Below are positions 1-9,414 of a DNA stretch of 64,000 nt, piece after piece. Origin of the DNA: an uncultured Acidobacteriota bacterium (lineage in GTDB: Bacteria > Acidobacteriota > UBA6911); NCBI GenBank assembly GCA_963827655.1, contig CAWHCF010000025.1:64001-128000 (forward strand), given 5' to 3'. The notes under the pieces are model-generated. The model was given only the letters and a program-made list of their open reading frames with translations. It was not told the origin of the DNA and did no database searches. The position numbers and the translations under genes are program-made. Numbering within the stretch: position 1 is the first letter of the stretch; the number at the start of each line of letters is the position of its first letter.

Positions 1-102
1 GGCTACGGCGTGAAGACCCGCGCTGTCCCGGGACACCGCTTCGGTCTCGGGCTTTCAGACGAGGAGCGCAAGGCTCTGATCGCCTTCCTCAAGACGCTTT
101 GA
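1..102 (+). CDS. 3' end of a probable cytochrome c family protein (partial)
   Basis: Frame 1 reads GYGVKTRAVPGHRFGLGLSDEERKALIAFLKTL-stop; GHxFG..LS.EE..ALIAFLKTL is the typical C-terminus of di-heme cytochrome c peroxidase/RoxA-like proteins. Confidence 0.6.
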   Translation, partial: GYGVKTRAVPGHRFGLGLSDEERKALIAFLKTL

Positions 103-123
103 AGGGGATCGGCAGGTCCCCAG

Positions 124-160
124 ACCACGAAGACACGAAGACGCGAAGGAACACCAAGAA
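124..160 (+). repeat. 9-mer-periodic intergenic repeat (ACCACGAAGACACGAAG family), single arm
   Basis: accacgaagacacgaagacgcgaaggaacaccaagaa; matches 8 other loci in the window. Confidence 0.8.
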
Positions 161-186
161 CCTCGACCGGCAACGAGCATAACTCC

Positions 187-1311
187 ATGAAGAAACAGAA
201 CTGGTTACTGACGGCGGCGCTCCTGACGAGTCTAGCTCTTGCGGACGCGCAGGGGGCGCAGAAGGCGAAAAATATCATCCTGTTCCTGGCTGACGCAGGA
301 GGCATACCCACGGTCAACGCGGCGAGTATTCTCGGTTATGGCGAGCCGCAGAAACTGTTTGTGCAGAGCTGGAAGCACATAGGGCTCTCGGATACATCGA
401 CAGCGTCGCAGTGGGTCACAGACTCCGCGGCAGGGATGACGGCGATCGTAGCCGGCCAGAAGACACATAACGGTGTCATCAGCCAGGGCCCGGACACTGT
501 GCGCGGCGAAAAGGACGGCACGCCGGTGAAGACCATTCTCGAGTTCGCCGAAGAGCGAGGTTTGTCGACCGGTGTGATCTCGAATGTCAACATCGCGGAC
601 GCGACGCCCGCCGCGTGCTACGCGCACGCAAACGACCGCCGAAAGTTCGGCGAGATCTTCCTGCAAGTATTCGAACCGAAGTTCGGCGACGGCGTCGATG
701 TCGTGCTCGGCATTGGCCGGAAGCCGATCTACGAAGGCGTTCAGAAGCTCGGCCGGGATCTCGACGAGGTCGCGCGTTCGAAGAAGCGGGCGATTTACGA
801 CTCGCTCGCCGCGGTGCCGGCCGGCGAGGCCCGCCCGATCGCGGTGCTCGATCGCGGTCTCGATGTGCCGGCCGCGGCTAAGATGGCGCTGGCCACGCTG
901 TCGAAAAACCGAAAGGGATTCTTTCTGATGATCGAGTGGGACACCCACACGGACAATCCGGAACGGGGCCTTTCGAACATGGTGGGTCTCGATAAACTGA
1001 TCCGCGAGATCGCGGGCATGGTGAATCCGAAGGAAACGCTGCTGCTGTTTACGGCCGACCACTCCTTTGAGCTGCGCACCAAAGGCGGGCGTCGCGGCGA
1101 GCCGATTCTCAAGGGTTTCGACGAATGGCAAAAGAGTCACAAGGCGAGCGAGACGATCGATATCCCGGCCTTACGGGTTGGGCACAGCCATACGGGCGAG
1201 GAAGTCCTGATAGCTGGGAGTGGTCCCGGAGCGGAGCGCATCCAGGGATTCCTGCCGAACACGCAGATTTTTCACATCATGATGGCGGCGTACGGCTGGA
1301 AGGAGCGCTGA
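187..1311 (+). CDS. Alkaline phosphatase family protein, secreted
   Basis: Signal peptide; NIILFLAD, VTDSAAGMTA (catalytic Ser), ATPAA, FFLMIE, TADH and SHTGEEV motifs. Confidence 0.85.
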   Translation: MKKQNWLLTAALLTSLALADAQGAQKAKNIILFLADAGGIPTVNAASILGYGEPQKLFVQSWKHIGLSDTSTASQWVTDSAAGMTAIVAGQKTHNGVISQGPDTVRGEKDGTPVKTILEFAEERGLSTGVISNVNIADATPAACYAHANDRRKFGEIFLQVFEPKFGDGVDVVLGIGRKPIYEGVQKLGRDLDEVARSKKRAIYDSLAAVPAGEARPIAVLDRGLDVPAAAKMALATLSKNRKGFFLMIEWDTHTDNPERGLSNMVGLDKLIREIAGMVNPKETLLLFTADHSFELRTKGGRRGEPILKGFDEWQKSHKASETIDIPALRVGHSHTGEEVLIAGSGPGAERIQGFLPNTQIFHIMMAAYGWKER

Positions 1312-1342
1312 ATCATGATGGCAAGCATATCTTTGCGCACCG

Positions 1343-2353
1343 TTACTTCAGGATCAGGTCCGAGGGTTTGACCCCTTTTCTCAAGCCTTTGCCGCCTGCC
1401 GGGCCCGGGTCGTAGGGACCTAAGAGTTCTACATTACTCTTCACGTCGATCCGGCCTTCCATCCCCAGAGCCCAATAGCAGGCGTTCACGATCATGCGTC
1501 TGAACGCCTCGACCTTGAAAACGTCGCCGTGTCCCATCGTTGTCGTGAACACCCGTGCCGCTTTTCCCGCGGTCCCGGTATGGCTCTTGGTCCAGGCGAT
1601 CGGAATGGGCTTCTTGTCGGGATGGGGCGGGTCCTCGGTTTTCCAGCCGACAAGGGGCTGGCCCAGCAGGATCGGCTTGCAGTCGCCCTGAAGCGTGTTG
1701 ATGCCGTAGACGTCGTCAGGGATCCAGAAGCTCGTCGGGACTCCCTTCAGGATGGGATGGCCGGCCGCATTCTCCGCAGTCGTGCAACGGGTGCTCTCGA
1801 CGAGGTTCTTGCCGTAGTGAGAAACCCAGGTCTCGCCCAGGACCGCGCGGCCCCATCCTCCCTCGGGGTCCTTGCTCGCGGAGTCATACCTTGCGTACGG
1901 GCTGTCGGGCCGCTTGGTGTATCGAAAGGGATGCGTGGCGTTTCGGATCCCGATGATGGGCTTGCCGGACTCCGTGTAGTCGATCAGGCGCTTCATCTGG
2001 TCGTCTGGGAGTTCTCTCCAGCGCACGAAGGCGACCATGAGGTCCGCGGACTCCAGCGCCTCGAGTCCCGGAATGTTGTCCTTGACCATGGGGTTGATTG
2101 TGCCGTCTTTGGGATCGATGGCGAACAGCACGGTGCACTTGAATCCGTGATAGCGCGACAGGATACGCGCCATCAGGGGCATCGATTCTTCCGACCGGTA
2201 CGATTCCTCGCCCGTGACGAAGACTATGTGCTTCCCCTTGCCAGGCCCTTCGCCACCCGGGTAGACGACCCACTGATCCTCGGCGGCCCCGGCCCCCGGA
2301 CTTGCCAGCAGCAGAAGGCCCAGAGCGAGCCCGATGGTCTTGTGTCTTTTCAT
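1343..2353 (-). CDS. ThuA-like domain protein, secreted
   Basis: Signal peptide from ATG 2353; GEESYRSE, GIRNATH, HPILKGV, RVFTTTMGH, NACYWALG. Confidence 0.8.
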   Translation of the reverse strand: MKRHKTIGLALGLLLLASPGAGAAEDQWVVYPGGEGPGKGKHIVFVTGEESYRSEESMPLMARILSRYHGFKCTVLFAIDPKDGTINPMVKDNIPGLEALESADLMVAFVRWRELPDDQMKRLIDYTESGKPIIGIRNATHPFRYTKRPDSPYARYDSASKDPEGGWGRAVLGETWVSHYGKNLVESTRCTTAENAAGHPILKGVPTSFWIPDDVYGINTLQGDCKPILLGQPLVGWKTEDPPHPDKKPIPIAWTKSHTGTAGKAARVFTTTMGHGDVFKVEAFRRMIVNACYWALGMEGRIDVKSNVELLGPYDPGPAGGKGLRKGVKPSDLILK

Positions 2354-2429
2354 TCTTGACTGCCTTCCTGTTCTCAACGGATATCGTGAATAGCGCAGCA
2401 CAGATTCAAAAGTGCGGGATGACCAGCTT

Positions 2430-3899
2430 TCACTTCGGCTCGTCCCCGATCCGTACCTTGAGGTGTCCGACCGCCCTTATGCCCTCTTTGTTCGATCGCT
2501 CCACGCGCACGACGTAGAGTCCCGGTTTCTCGAAGCGGTGTACGGTCTCGGCGTATCCATCCGGCGCGAGCGGCTTCACGTTCCCGTCTGACTTCACCTT
2601 GACCATGGGGGTGCCGTCGCCGAAGTCCCACTGCTCTTCGCCGTCCTGGGTGCGGAAGGTTCGGACCTTGAAGGTGACCGGGTCCCCCGGCTTGATGCCG
2701 AACGTGGGGGCATAATTCGGATGGATCGTAGGAGGAAGCGGCTTCGGATTGGCCTTGTCGATGACCTGCACGATCGCGAAGTCATAGTCCACGCGTCCGT
2801 CGGCGTCCGTGACCTTCAGGATCTCGCTATAGGAGCCGGGTTTCTCGTATTTCCGCTCGACCTGCGCTCCGGTGGCACGGGAGCCGTCCGTGAAGGTCCA
2901 CTCGTAGCGCGGCCCCTTTGCCCAGGAGCGAGTGGCGTCCAGCGTCACCTTCTGAGTCGCCCAGATCACGTGATGCGGGCGCGCCACGGCCAGGAGCCTC
3001 GGTTGATACTCGCGCAGGTACGCTTCCCAGAGGAATGCATAGCCTTCCTGGATCCCCCACTTGCCCGAAGGCTGCCGGCTGTGGATGTCGAAGTGAAGAT
3101 GCGACCAGCCGCCGCTCCCCCCCTCCTTCCCCAGGAGGCCGATCTTGCGGCCGATCTTGATTTGCTCGCCCAGCTTGACCTCGATCGTCTTCAGGTGGCT
3201 GTAGCGATAGTACCAGCCGCGCGAGTCGAGCACGTAGACGACGTCGTAGCGGGGATCGACCGGCGTCCCTTTGTGCTCCGGCAGCATCTCCTTGCCGGCG
3301 CAGACTACCAGGCCGTCCGTGGCCGCGATGACTTCGACCAGCCCCTCGCTTCCGCCGATGTCGAGACCGTAGTGATAGTAAATCTTCCGCGGTCCCGGCG
3401 CGTCGCCCCCATCGACGTAGACCGGCTCGTTCGCCATCTGGGTCATCGTGGCGAACCACCGCTGTCTGGCAGGATAGCGGAAACTCCCTGTCGGCATCCA
3501 GGACGCCCCGGCGGGCCAGAGGCGGAGCCGCGCGTCTTTCACCAATCCCCACGCGTCCGTCTGGCTGTCCTGGTTGTAGCCCTTTGTGATAGGACAATCT
3601 ATCTGCACTCCCGCAACCGTGACCGGCAGGTGATACGTCGCGGAGACGAGCGTAATCGTCTGCCCGTTTACCTCGGCCTTCACCTGCGCGCGGCGCACGG
3701 CAGAGCAAACCTCGTCTCGTGTCTCCTCGAGCTCGAGCAGCTTGATCCTCGCCTTGTTGCCATTCGACAGCTCAACCTCGGCCGATTCGCCCAGCGCAAG
3801 ATCGACGACTCGAAAAGGAGGATCCCCAACGTTGGTGGACTTACTCGAGATGGGGAGGAGCAGGAGAAAAGCGACCGCAATACCCCGAGATGAAATCAA
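2430..3899 (-). CDS. Peptidase M23 domain protein with PKD domains
   Basis: HYGLD (HxxxD) and HLH zinc motifs, YSHL; two PKD-like segments (YEWTFTDG, QWDFGDG); N-terminal signal. Confidence 0.8.
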   Translation of the reverse strand: MISSRGIAVAFLLLLPISSKSTNVGDPPFRVVDLALGESAEVELSNGNKARIKLLELEETRDEVCSAVRRAQVKAEVNGQTITLVSATYHLPVTVAGVQIDCPITKGYNQDSQTDAWGLVKDARLRLWPAGASWMPTGSFRYPARQRWFATMTQMANEPVYVDGGDAPGPRKIYYHYGLDIGGSEGLVEVIAATDGLVVCAGKEMLPEHKGTPVDPRYDVVYVLDSRGWYYRYSHLKTIEVKLGEQIKIGRKIGLLGKEGGSGGWSHLHFDIHSRQPSGKWGIQEGYAFLWEAYLREYQPRLLAVARPHHVIWATQKVTLDATRSWAKGPRYEWTFTDGSRATGAQVERKYEKPGSYSEILKVTDADGRVDYDFAIVQVIDKANPKPLPPTIHPNYAPTFGIKPGDPVTFKVRTFRTQDGEEQWDFGDGTPMVKVKSDGNVKPLAPDGYAETVHRFEKPGLYVVRVERSNKEGIRAVGHLKVRIGDEPK

Positions 3900-4052
3900 G
3901 GTAACGACCTCCTCGATCCGATGACACCGCGTGCGCCCATTCTACATGCGCTTCTCGAGAAAGCCAGTTCAAATGTAATTCGGTGTGGCAATCGGGTCCT
4001 GCAACTCCGGGCAGGCTTCGCAGTGCTGCGAAACACTCTTGTTCCTTCGCCA

Positions 4053-4081
4053 TTGACCGTGTGTCCACATGTAGCTACAAT
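4053..4081 (+). promoter_or_regulatory. Sigma70 promoter of the TA operon with operator palindromes
   Basis: TTGACC-17 bp-TACAAT, 7 nt before ATG 4089; overlaps TGTGTCCACA and TGTAGCTACA. Confidence 0.65.
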
Positions 4082-4088
4082 GTGCCTG

Positions 4089-4352
4089 ATGCCCAAGCCG
4101 AGAAACACGCGCAATCCTCATTTCCCTCTTCGAGAAGCCAAGAACCGCCTTTCCGAACTGGTGAGGCGGGCGGCACAAGGAGAGCAAATCATTATCACGC
4201 TGCACGGCGAACCGCGCGTCCAGCTCAGTCGAGTGTTGGAAAAATCGCGGCCCTTCAAAGTAGACTGGAAATGGCTCAGAGAGATGAAAGTCGCCGCCTC
4301 CCAGACTCCAGCCGAAGCCTTGATCCGGGCTGACCGTGACGGGCGGGATTGA
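4089..4352 (+). CDS. Phd/YefM family antitoxin (VapB-like)
   Basis: LREAKNRLSELVRRAAQGEQIIITLHGEP; directly upstream of a PIN toxin. Confidence 0.85.
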   Translation: MPKPRNTRNPHFPLREAKNRLSELVRRAAQGEQIIITLHGEPRVQLSRVLEKSRPFKVDWKWLREMKVAASQTPAEALIRADRDGRD

Positions 4353-4356
4353 TTCA

Positions 4357-4784
4357 ATGTATCTGGATAGTGCGATTCTCGTAAAGCTGGTTGTCCGCGA
4401 GCCTGACAGCTTTTTCTATGCCGAACAAACCATCGGGCAGACAGATGTTTGGATCTCTCAGCTGGCTCTCACAGAGTCGTGGTCGGCCCTTATAAGGAAA
4501 CAACGGGAAGGAGCGATTCACGTAGAGTGCGTCGCGCCGCCTGGCAAAAACTGGAGCGTTATTTCACACACGGTATGCTCGGGATGGTGCCCGTAGACGA
4601 ATCCATCCTGAAGCGGGCCAACCGGATCATCTTGCGTTGCCATCCCAAGGTTGCACTTCGTTCCATGGACGCGATCCATCTGGCCTCCTGTGAGGCTGCC
4701 GATGCTTATCCCCTGTTGACGAATGATCGACAAATGAGAGCCGCCGCAGATCATCTTCGCTTTCCCCTCGGGCCATTGCCATAA
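4357..4784 (+). CDS. vapC: PIN-domain VapC toxin, frameshift near 4525
   Basis: MYLDSAILVK...TE in one frame; LRSMDAIHLASC and LTNDRQM in the next. Confidence 0.8.
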
Positions 4785-4843
4785 TCTCATCCATCTTTCC
4801 AAAATCACTTCGACTATTTGGTGTCCTGGCGAGTCCAAATAGA

Positions 4844-4934
4844 TTCTTGGTGTTTCTTCGTGTCTTTGAGTCTTGGTGGTATTCGTTAGACAGATCTAAC
4901 CACGAAGATACAAAGACACGAAGAAACACCAAGA
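4844..4934. repeat. 9-mer-periodic repeat, inverted pair
   Basis: ttcttggtgtttcttcgtgtctttgagtcttggtggt-spacer-accacgaagatacaaagacacgaagaaacaccaaga. Confidence 0.85.
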
Positions 4935-4972
4935 GCACCTCGGCCTGAAAGGTCAACAGAGAGGAGACGACG

Positions 4973-7469
4973 ATGCAGGATCTTCGCTATGCTCTTCGCA
5001 TTTTGCGCGCGAGCCCCGGTTTCACTGCGACAGTAGTGCTTTCGCTCGCCCTGGGTATCGGAGCCAACACGGCGATCTTTACTTTGACCGACGCCATCAT
5101 GTGGCGGATGCTGCCCGTGCGTAATCCGGAGGACCTCCTGCGTCCTCGCCCGGACTCAAGGCGGGGCTACCGGCCATGGTTTTACATATAGCGAGTTCCA
5201 GCTCTTCCACGATCGCAATCAGACGTTTTCGGATCTCGCCTCATATTCGCGAGTGCGTCTCAACGTCAGCGTGGCCGGCAGCATGGAGCCCACCGTGGAG
5301 GGCCAGCTCGTCTCCGGCAGATACTTCTCGACTTTAGGCGTCCATGCAGTCGCGGGCAGGACCATCGGCGTCGAGGATGACCGCATTCCCAATGCTCATC
5401 CGGTGGCGATGCTCAGTTACGGCTACTGGAAGCGCCGGTTTTCGCTTGATCCTTCCATTCTGGACAAGACCATTTCGCTGTGTGGAACGCCGTTCACCGT
5501 CATCGGCATCACGCCGCCGGAATTTTTCGGCGTTGAAGTAGGCGTCGCGCCCGACATCTTCGTTCCGGTAATGATGCAACCCGCGGTCATGCCGGCCTCC
5601 GAGAACTTGCTGGAGCGCCCCATCATTTACGCAGCCTGGCTCCGCGTCCTCGGCCGTCTGAGGCCAGGTGTGCCGGTGCAGCAGGCCGCCGCAGAAATGG
5701 CGGTCCTGTTCGATCAGATCGAGTGGCCGCGGGACAAGTCCGGATTCCGGATCGACAAGTTCGGAAACAGGATCGACGAGAAACTGGTCGTTGACCCCGG
5801 CCTCCAGGGGGCTGACCGACTTGCGCCGCCAGTTCTCCCAGCCTCTGTTCATCCTGATGGCGGTCGTCGGCGTCGTGATCCTGATTGCGTGCGCGAACAC
5901 AGCAAACCTCTTGATGGCGCGGGCCGCGGCGCGCCGGCCCGAGTTCGCGCTGCGGGTCGCACTCGGAGCCAGTCGCTGGCGTTTGATGCGGCAACTGCTC
6001 GTGGAAAGCGTCCTGCTGGCAATCCTGGGAGGCGTCTGCGGTCTTCTGCTTGCGAATTGGGGCACTCAACTTCTGGTGGCATTCATTTCGTCCGGCCAAA
6101 CCCCGGTTACGCTGGTCCTCGAGCCCGACCTTCGAGTCCTGGGATTCACGGCGGCAGTCTCCTTATTGACCGGCATTCTCTTCGGACTGGCCCCTGCGAT
6201 TCGTGCCACCCGGATCGACCCTGCGCCCGCCTTGAAGAGTCAAGCCAGCCGCCTGACGGGCCGCGGCAGCTTGAGGCCCGGCAGGATTCTCGCGGTATTC
6301 CAGGTGGCGCTGTCGTTGTTGTTGTTGATCGGCGCGGGTCTGTTCGTGCGCAGTCTCCAGAAGCTGAACAGCCAGGATGCAGGATTCCCGCGTGAGAGCG
6401 TGCTGGTGGTACGGGTGGAGCCGAAAGGAAGTGATCAGCGAAACATACCAGGCACGTCCGACGCGCCTCGACCGCATTTACAAGGAGTTGATCCAGCGAG
6501 TCGAATCCGTTCCAGGCGTCCGTTCCGCGACCATGGCACACTTCACCCCCACCAGCCGAATAGGCTTCTTCTCGCCTTTCAAACTCCCTACAGGCGAAGA
6601 GATCAGAGTGCCCAGTCTCATGGTGTATCCGAACTATTTTGCGACACTGGGGATACCGATTGTAGCCGGCCGTGATTTCGCCGCCGCGGATCTCGACGAG
6701 AATTCGCCGCTGGTTGCGGTCGTGAACGAAACGTTCGCGCGGCGGGTCTTTCCAGGCGAAAATGTCGTCGGCAAGCAATACGTCACCAGAGCGCGCAGGG
6801 GAGATTCTCGAACCTGCGAGATCATCGGCGTGGTGAAAGACTCGAGGTATGCGAACCTGAGAGGAGAGACGCCGCCCGTGATTTACCAGCCTTTCCTTCA
6901 GACCAGCACCGGACGCGGCCAGATGGTGCTGCACGCGCGAGTTTCCGGGAACCCGGGCGCGCTCTTGCCCCGGATTCGGGAAGAGGTCCAGAAGAGTCGA
7001 TAAAGATCTCCCCATGTTTGAGGTGAACACCTTGGCGGCAGAGATGGACGCCGCGCTGGTCCGCGAGCGTCTGATCGCCACGCTGTCGAGTTTTTTTGGC
7101 GTCCTGGCCCTGCTACTCGCCGGCGTCGGTCTCTATGGCCTGCTCGCTTTTGGCGTAGTCCAGAGAACCGGCGAAATGGGCGTTCGCATGGCTCTCGGCG
7201 CGCAGCGATGGGACGTGCTGTGGATGGTTCTGCGCGAAGCGCTCTCTCTGGTCTTGATTGGTGTCGGGCTCGGCTTGCCGGCCGCCCTTGCGGCCGCGCG
7301 TCTGGCTGAGAACCAGATTTCGGGTCTGCTCTTCGGATTGACCACCGGCGACCCTGTCACCATTGCGGCAGCAACGGGGTTGCTGGCGGCTGTGGCCGGC
7401 GTCGCGGCGTATCTCCCGGCAAGGCGAGCCTCGCGGGTAGATCCGATGGTGGCTCTTCGGAACGAATAG
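4973..7469 (+). CDS. ADOP-type duplicated ABC permease (MacB/FtsX-like), about 4 frameshifts
   Basis: [21 protein letters not shown]; LIACANTANLL; QVALSLLLLIGAGLF; PARRASRVDPMVALRNE spread over consecutive ORFs. Confidence 0.9.
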
Positions 7470-7561
7470 ACGGCGGGCTCTTCTCTTCGCTTCGCTGGTG
7501 ATTTCCTCGGTCTGTGTGGTGCGAGTCACGCGAGGATGCCGCGCGGGACGAATTATCCAGG

Positions 7562-9148
7562 TCATTGGGCGCGCAAGACCACGGCGCAATCTTTCCGGAA
7601 TTCCGGAAGTTGCAGATGGGTCTCTTCCCGATTGGCGCTCACTCGAGTTGGCTGAGTCCATTCCGTGGCGCCCGAGGGGAGCATCGTGGCTTCGTATTGC
7701 CCGGCCGGTAGCCGCAGCGTCATACTCCCGAGAACGGAGTTCCCGAAGCCTCCATCGTTGAGGCGGGCGTCGCCTGCATAAATGACATGGATGCGCGCGT
7801 CCTCCCGGCTGGAGGCCACGGCCAGAGTTTGATTGGGAACTGAAGCGACCAGCTTCGAGTTCGGCCTCATACGGTCGGGCCCACATTCTCTCCACAGGCG
7901 CGCGAGCACGCCGAGTTGCTGCCTGAACTTGCGCGCGTCTAACCGGCGGCCGTCGGGAATCGGAACTTTACCGGAACCGGTCGGATCGTCCGGGGTGAAA
8001 GACCAATCGAGGTGGTCGAATCCAGCCCCTCCACTCAGGATTGTCTCCCACGCCTCCATCCGGTTCCGATCCCACTCGTCGGGGGCGCCGCGAATAATCC
8101 CCGAGTAGTTCTCGTCAAACACACTGGGCTTCTTGACACCACGCCGCGCTTCCATGAACGCCAGGATGTTCCCGAAACGCGTGCCGGCGGTCTCGAGTAC
8201 GGCAGTGCCTTTCCCCGGCGTCTTTCGACTGATGTAGTGGTAGTTAATAATGTCGACGAGCGAGTCCTGGAAATAAGGAGCGTCGCCCATCTCGGTATAG
8301 CGCAGACCTCGACTCTCAGAGGAGGAAAGCCTCTGATGGGCGTTGATCGCGATCAAGTGTTTGTTGGGCAGCTTCCGCTCAGTGTCTCTGATTACCTGGC
8401 ACAGCGCGAAATGCCAGGCGTCCTGGCGGGTAGCCGCATCCCGGTTGTTATCGCGAGCAGATGTCTCGTTGCATATCTCAAAGTAGAGATTATCGAATGG
8501 ATTTACCTCCTCGACCATTTTTTGCACGAAGGCTCTTTGCCTTTCGGCGATCGTGGAATCGTGCAGTTCCATGAACTGGCCGACTTCTGAAATACGACTG
8601 CCGACACTGTTGGTGTTGTTGTCAGGGTGCAAGGGAAACCACGACCAGATGCTATCCCGGTATGGATTACAGAAGAGCACGATTTCAACAATGATGTCGC
8701 GGTCGTGCGCGGCCCTGAGGAAGTCCTTGAACCGGGCGAAGTAAGCCGGGTTCCATTGATCCAGGTCAAACTTCAGCCCGCCGTCCCTGGCTTTTCCTGG
8801 TCCTGTGCGCTTCCAGGGCATGACTTCGTGGCCCGGCCGCGGCGCCAGGGTGTTGGCAAAGCCCAACGGTGGAATCGAGTCTTCGAGTTCACGATAAAAG
8901 GTAAACGCGCGCGAGAGGTTCAGGTGATTCCGGGCCAATTCGTCCAGGTATGGAATATAGTCGAACTGGCCGTTCAATACCGCGCCGTAATGCTCGGTTG
9001 CGGTCACCAGCACAACCGGCTTGCCTTTGTAGAGAAAGAACGCGGTGTTATCCGGGCTCCGCCGGAAGGTCGCGCCTGAGTCTTGCGAGGCTGTGACGCG
9101 TGGGTCAATCACGAGCGACAGGCAACAGATCAGAATTGTTCTCCACAT
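7562..9148 (-). CDS. Secreted glycoside hydrolase (clan GH-A / GH5-like)
   Basis: Signal peptide from ATG 9148; FEICNE acid/base motif, FDENY candidate nucleophile, C-terminal beta-sandwich. Confidence 0.7.
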   Translation of the reverse strand: MWRTILICCLSLVIDPRVTASQDSGATFRRSPDNTAFFLYKGKPVVLVTATEHYGAVLNGQFDYIPYLDELARNHLNLSRAFTFYRELEDSIPPLGFANTLAPRPGHEVMPWKRTGPGKARDGGLKFDLDQWNPAYFARFKDFLRAAHDRDIIVEIVLFCNPYRDSIWSWFPLHPDNNTNSVGSRISEVGQFMELHDSTIAERQRAFVQKMVEEVNPFDNLYFEICNETSARDNNRDAATRQDAWHFALCQVIRDTERKLPNKHLIAINAHQRLSSSESRGLRYTEMGDAPYFQDSLVDIINYHYISRKTPGKGTAVLETAGTRFGNILAFMEARRGVKKPSVFDENYSGIIRGAPDEWDRNRMEAWETILSGGAGFDHLDWSFTPDDPTGSGKVPIPDGRRLDARKFRQQLGVLARLWRECGPDRMRPNSKLVASVPNQTLAVASSREDARIHVIYAGDARLNDGGFGNSVLGSMTLRLPAGQYEATMLPSGATEWTQPTRVSANREETHLQLPEFRKDCAVVLRAQ

Positions 9149-9251
9149 GCTGGATTCATCCTTTACCGGCTGTGAGAAGGTGTGAATGTCGCAAAAATTC
9201 AGCGAACGCCCTCGAGTTGACCTGAGCTCGTTTGGCTTGTCTGGCGCGGGT

Positions 9252-9330
9252 CTGATCACGACCTCAACCTTAAGAAGTTCATTTTAGTGCCGCTGGGAAG
9301 GCCGGACGGGCTTGATAGCCAGTCCGCACA
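9252..9330. repeat. REP/REPIN-like palindromic element (partial copy)
   Basis: gccggacgggcttgatagccagtccgcaca nearly identical to 58020-58049. Confidence 0.7.
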
Positions 9331-9414
9331 TGAACCGGGCGAGTTTTGCGACCGCCTCAACAGACCCGCGTCACAGACCAAATTATTTCACAGCTTCTCA
9401 GGGCAAGGTGCGCT

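Noticed and set aside
3985-4003. Possible sigma54 promoter TGGCA...TGCA
   Set aside because: GG-to-GC spacing is 2 nt too long, and a good sigma70 promoter lies downstream
4500-4540. Programmed frameshifting in vapC or higA
   Set aside because: No slippery heptamer at the shift sites, and indels are common throughout the window
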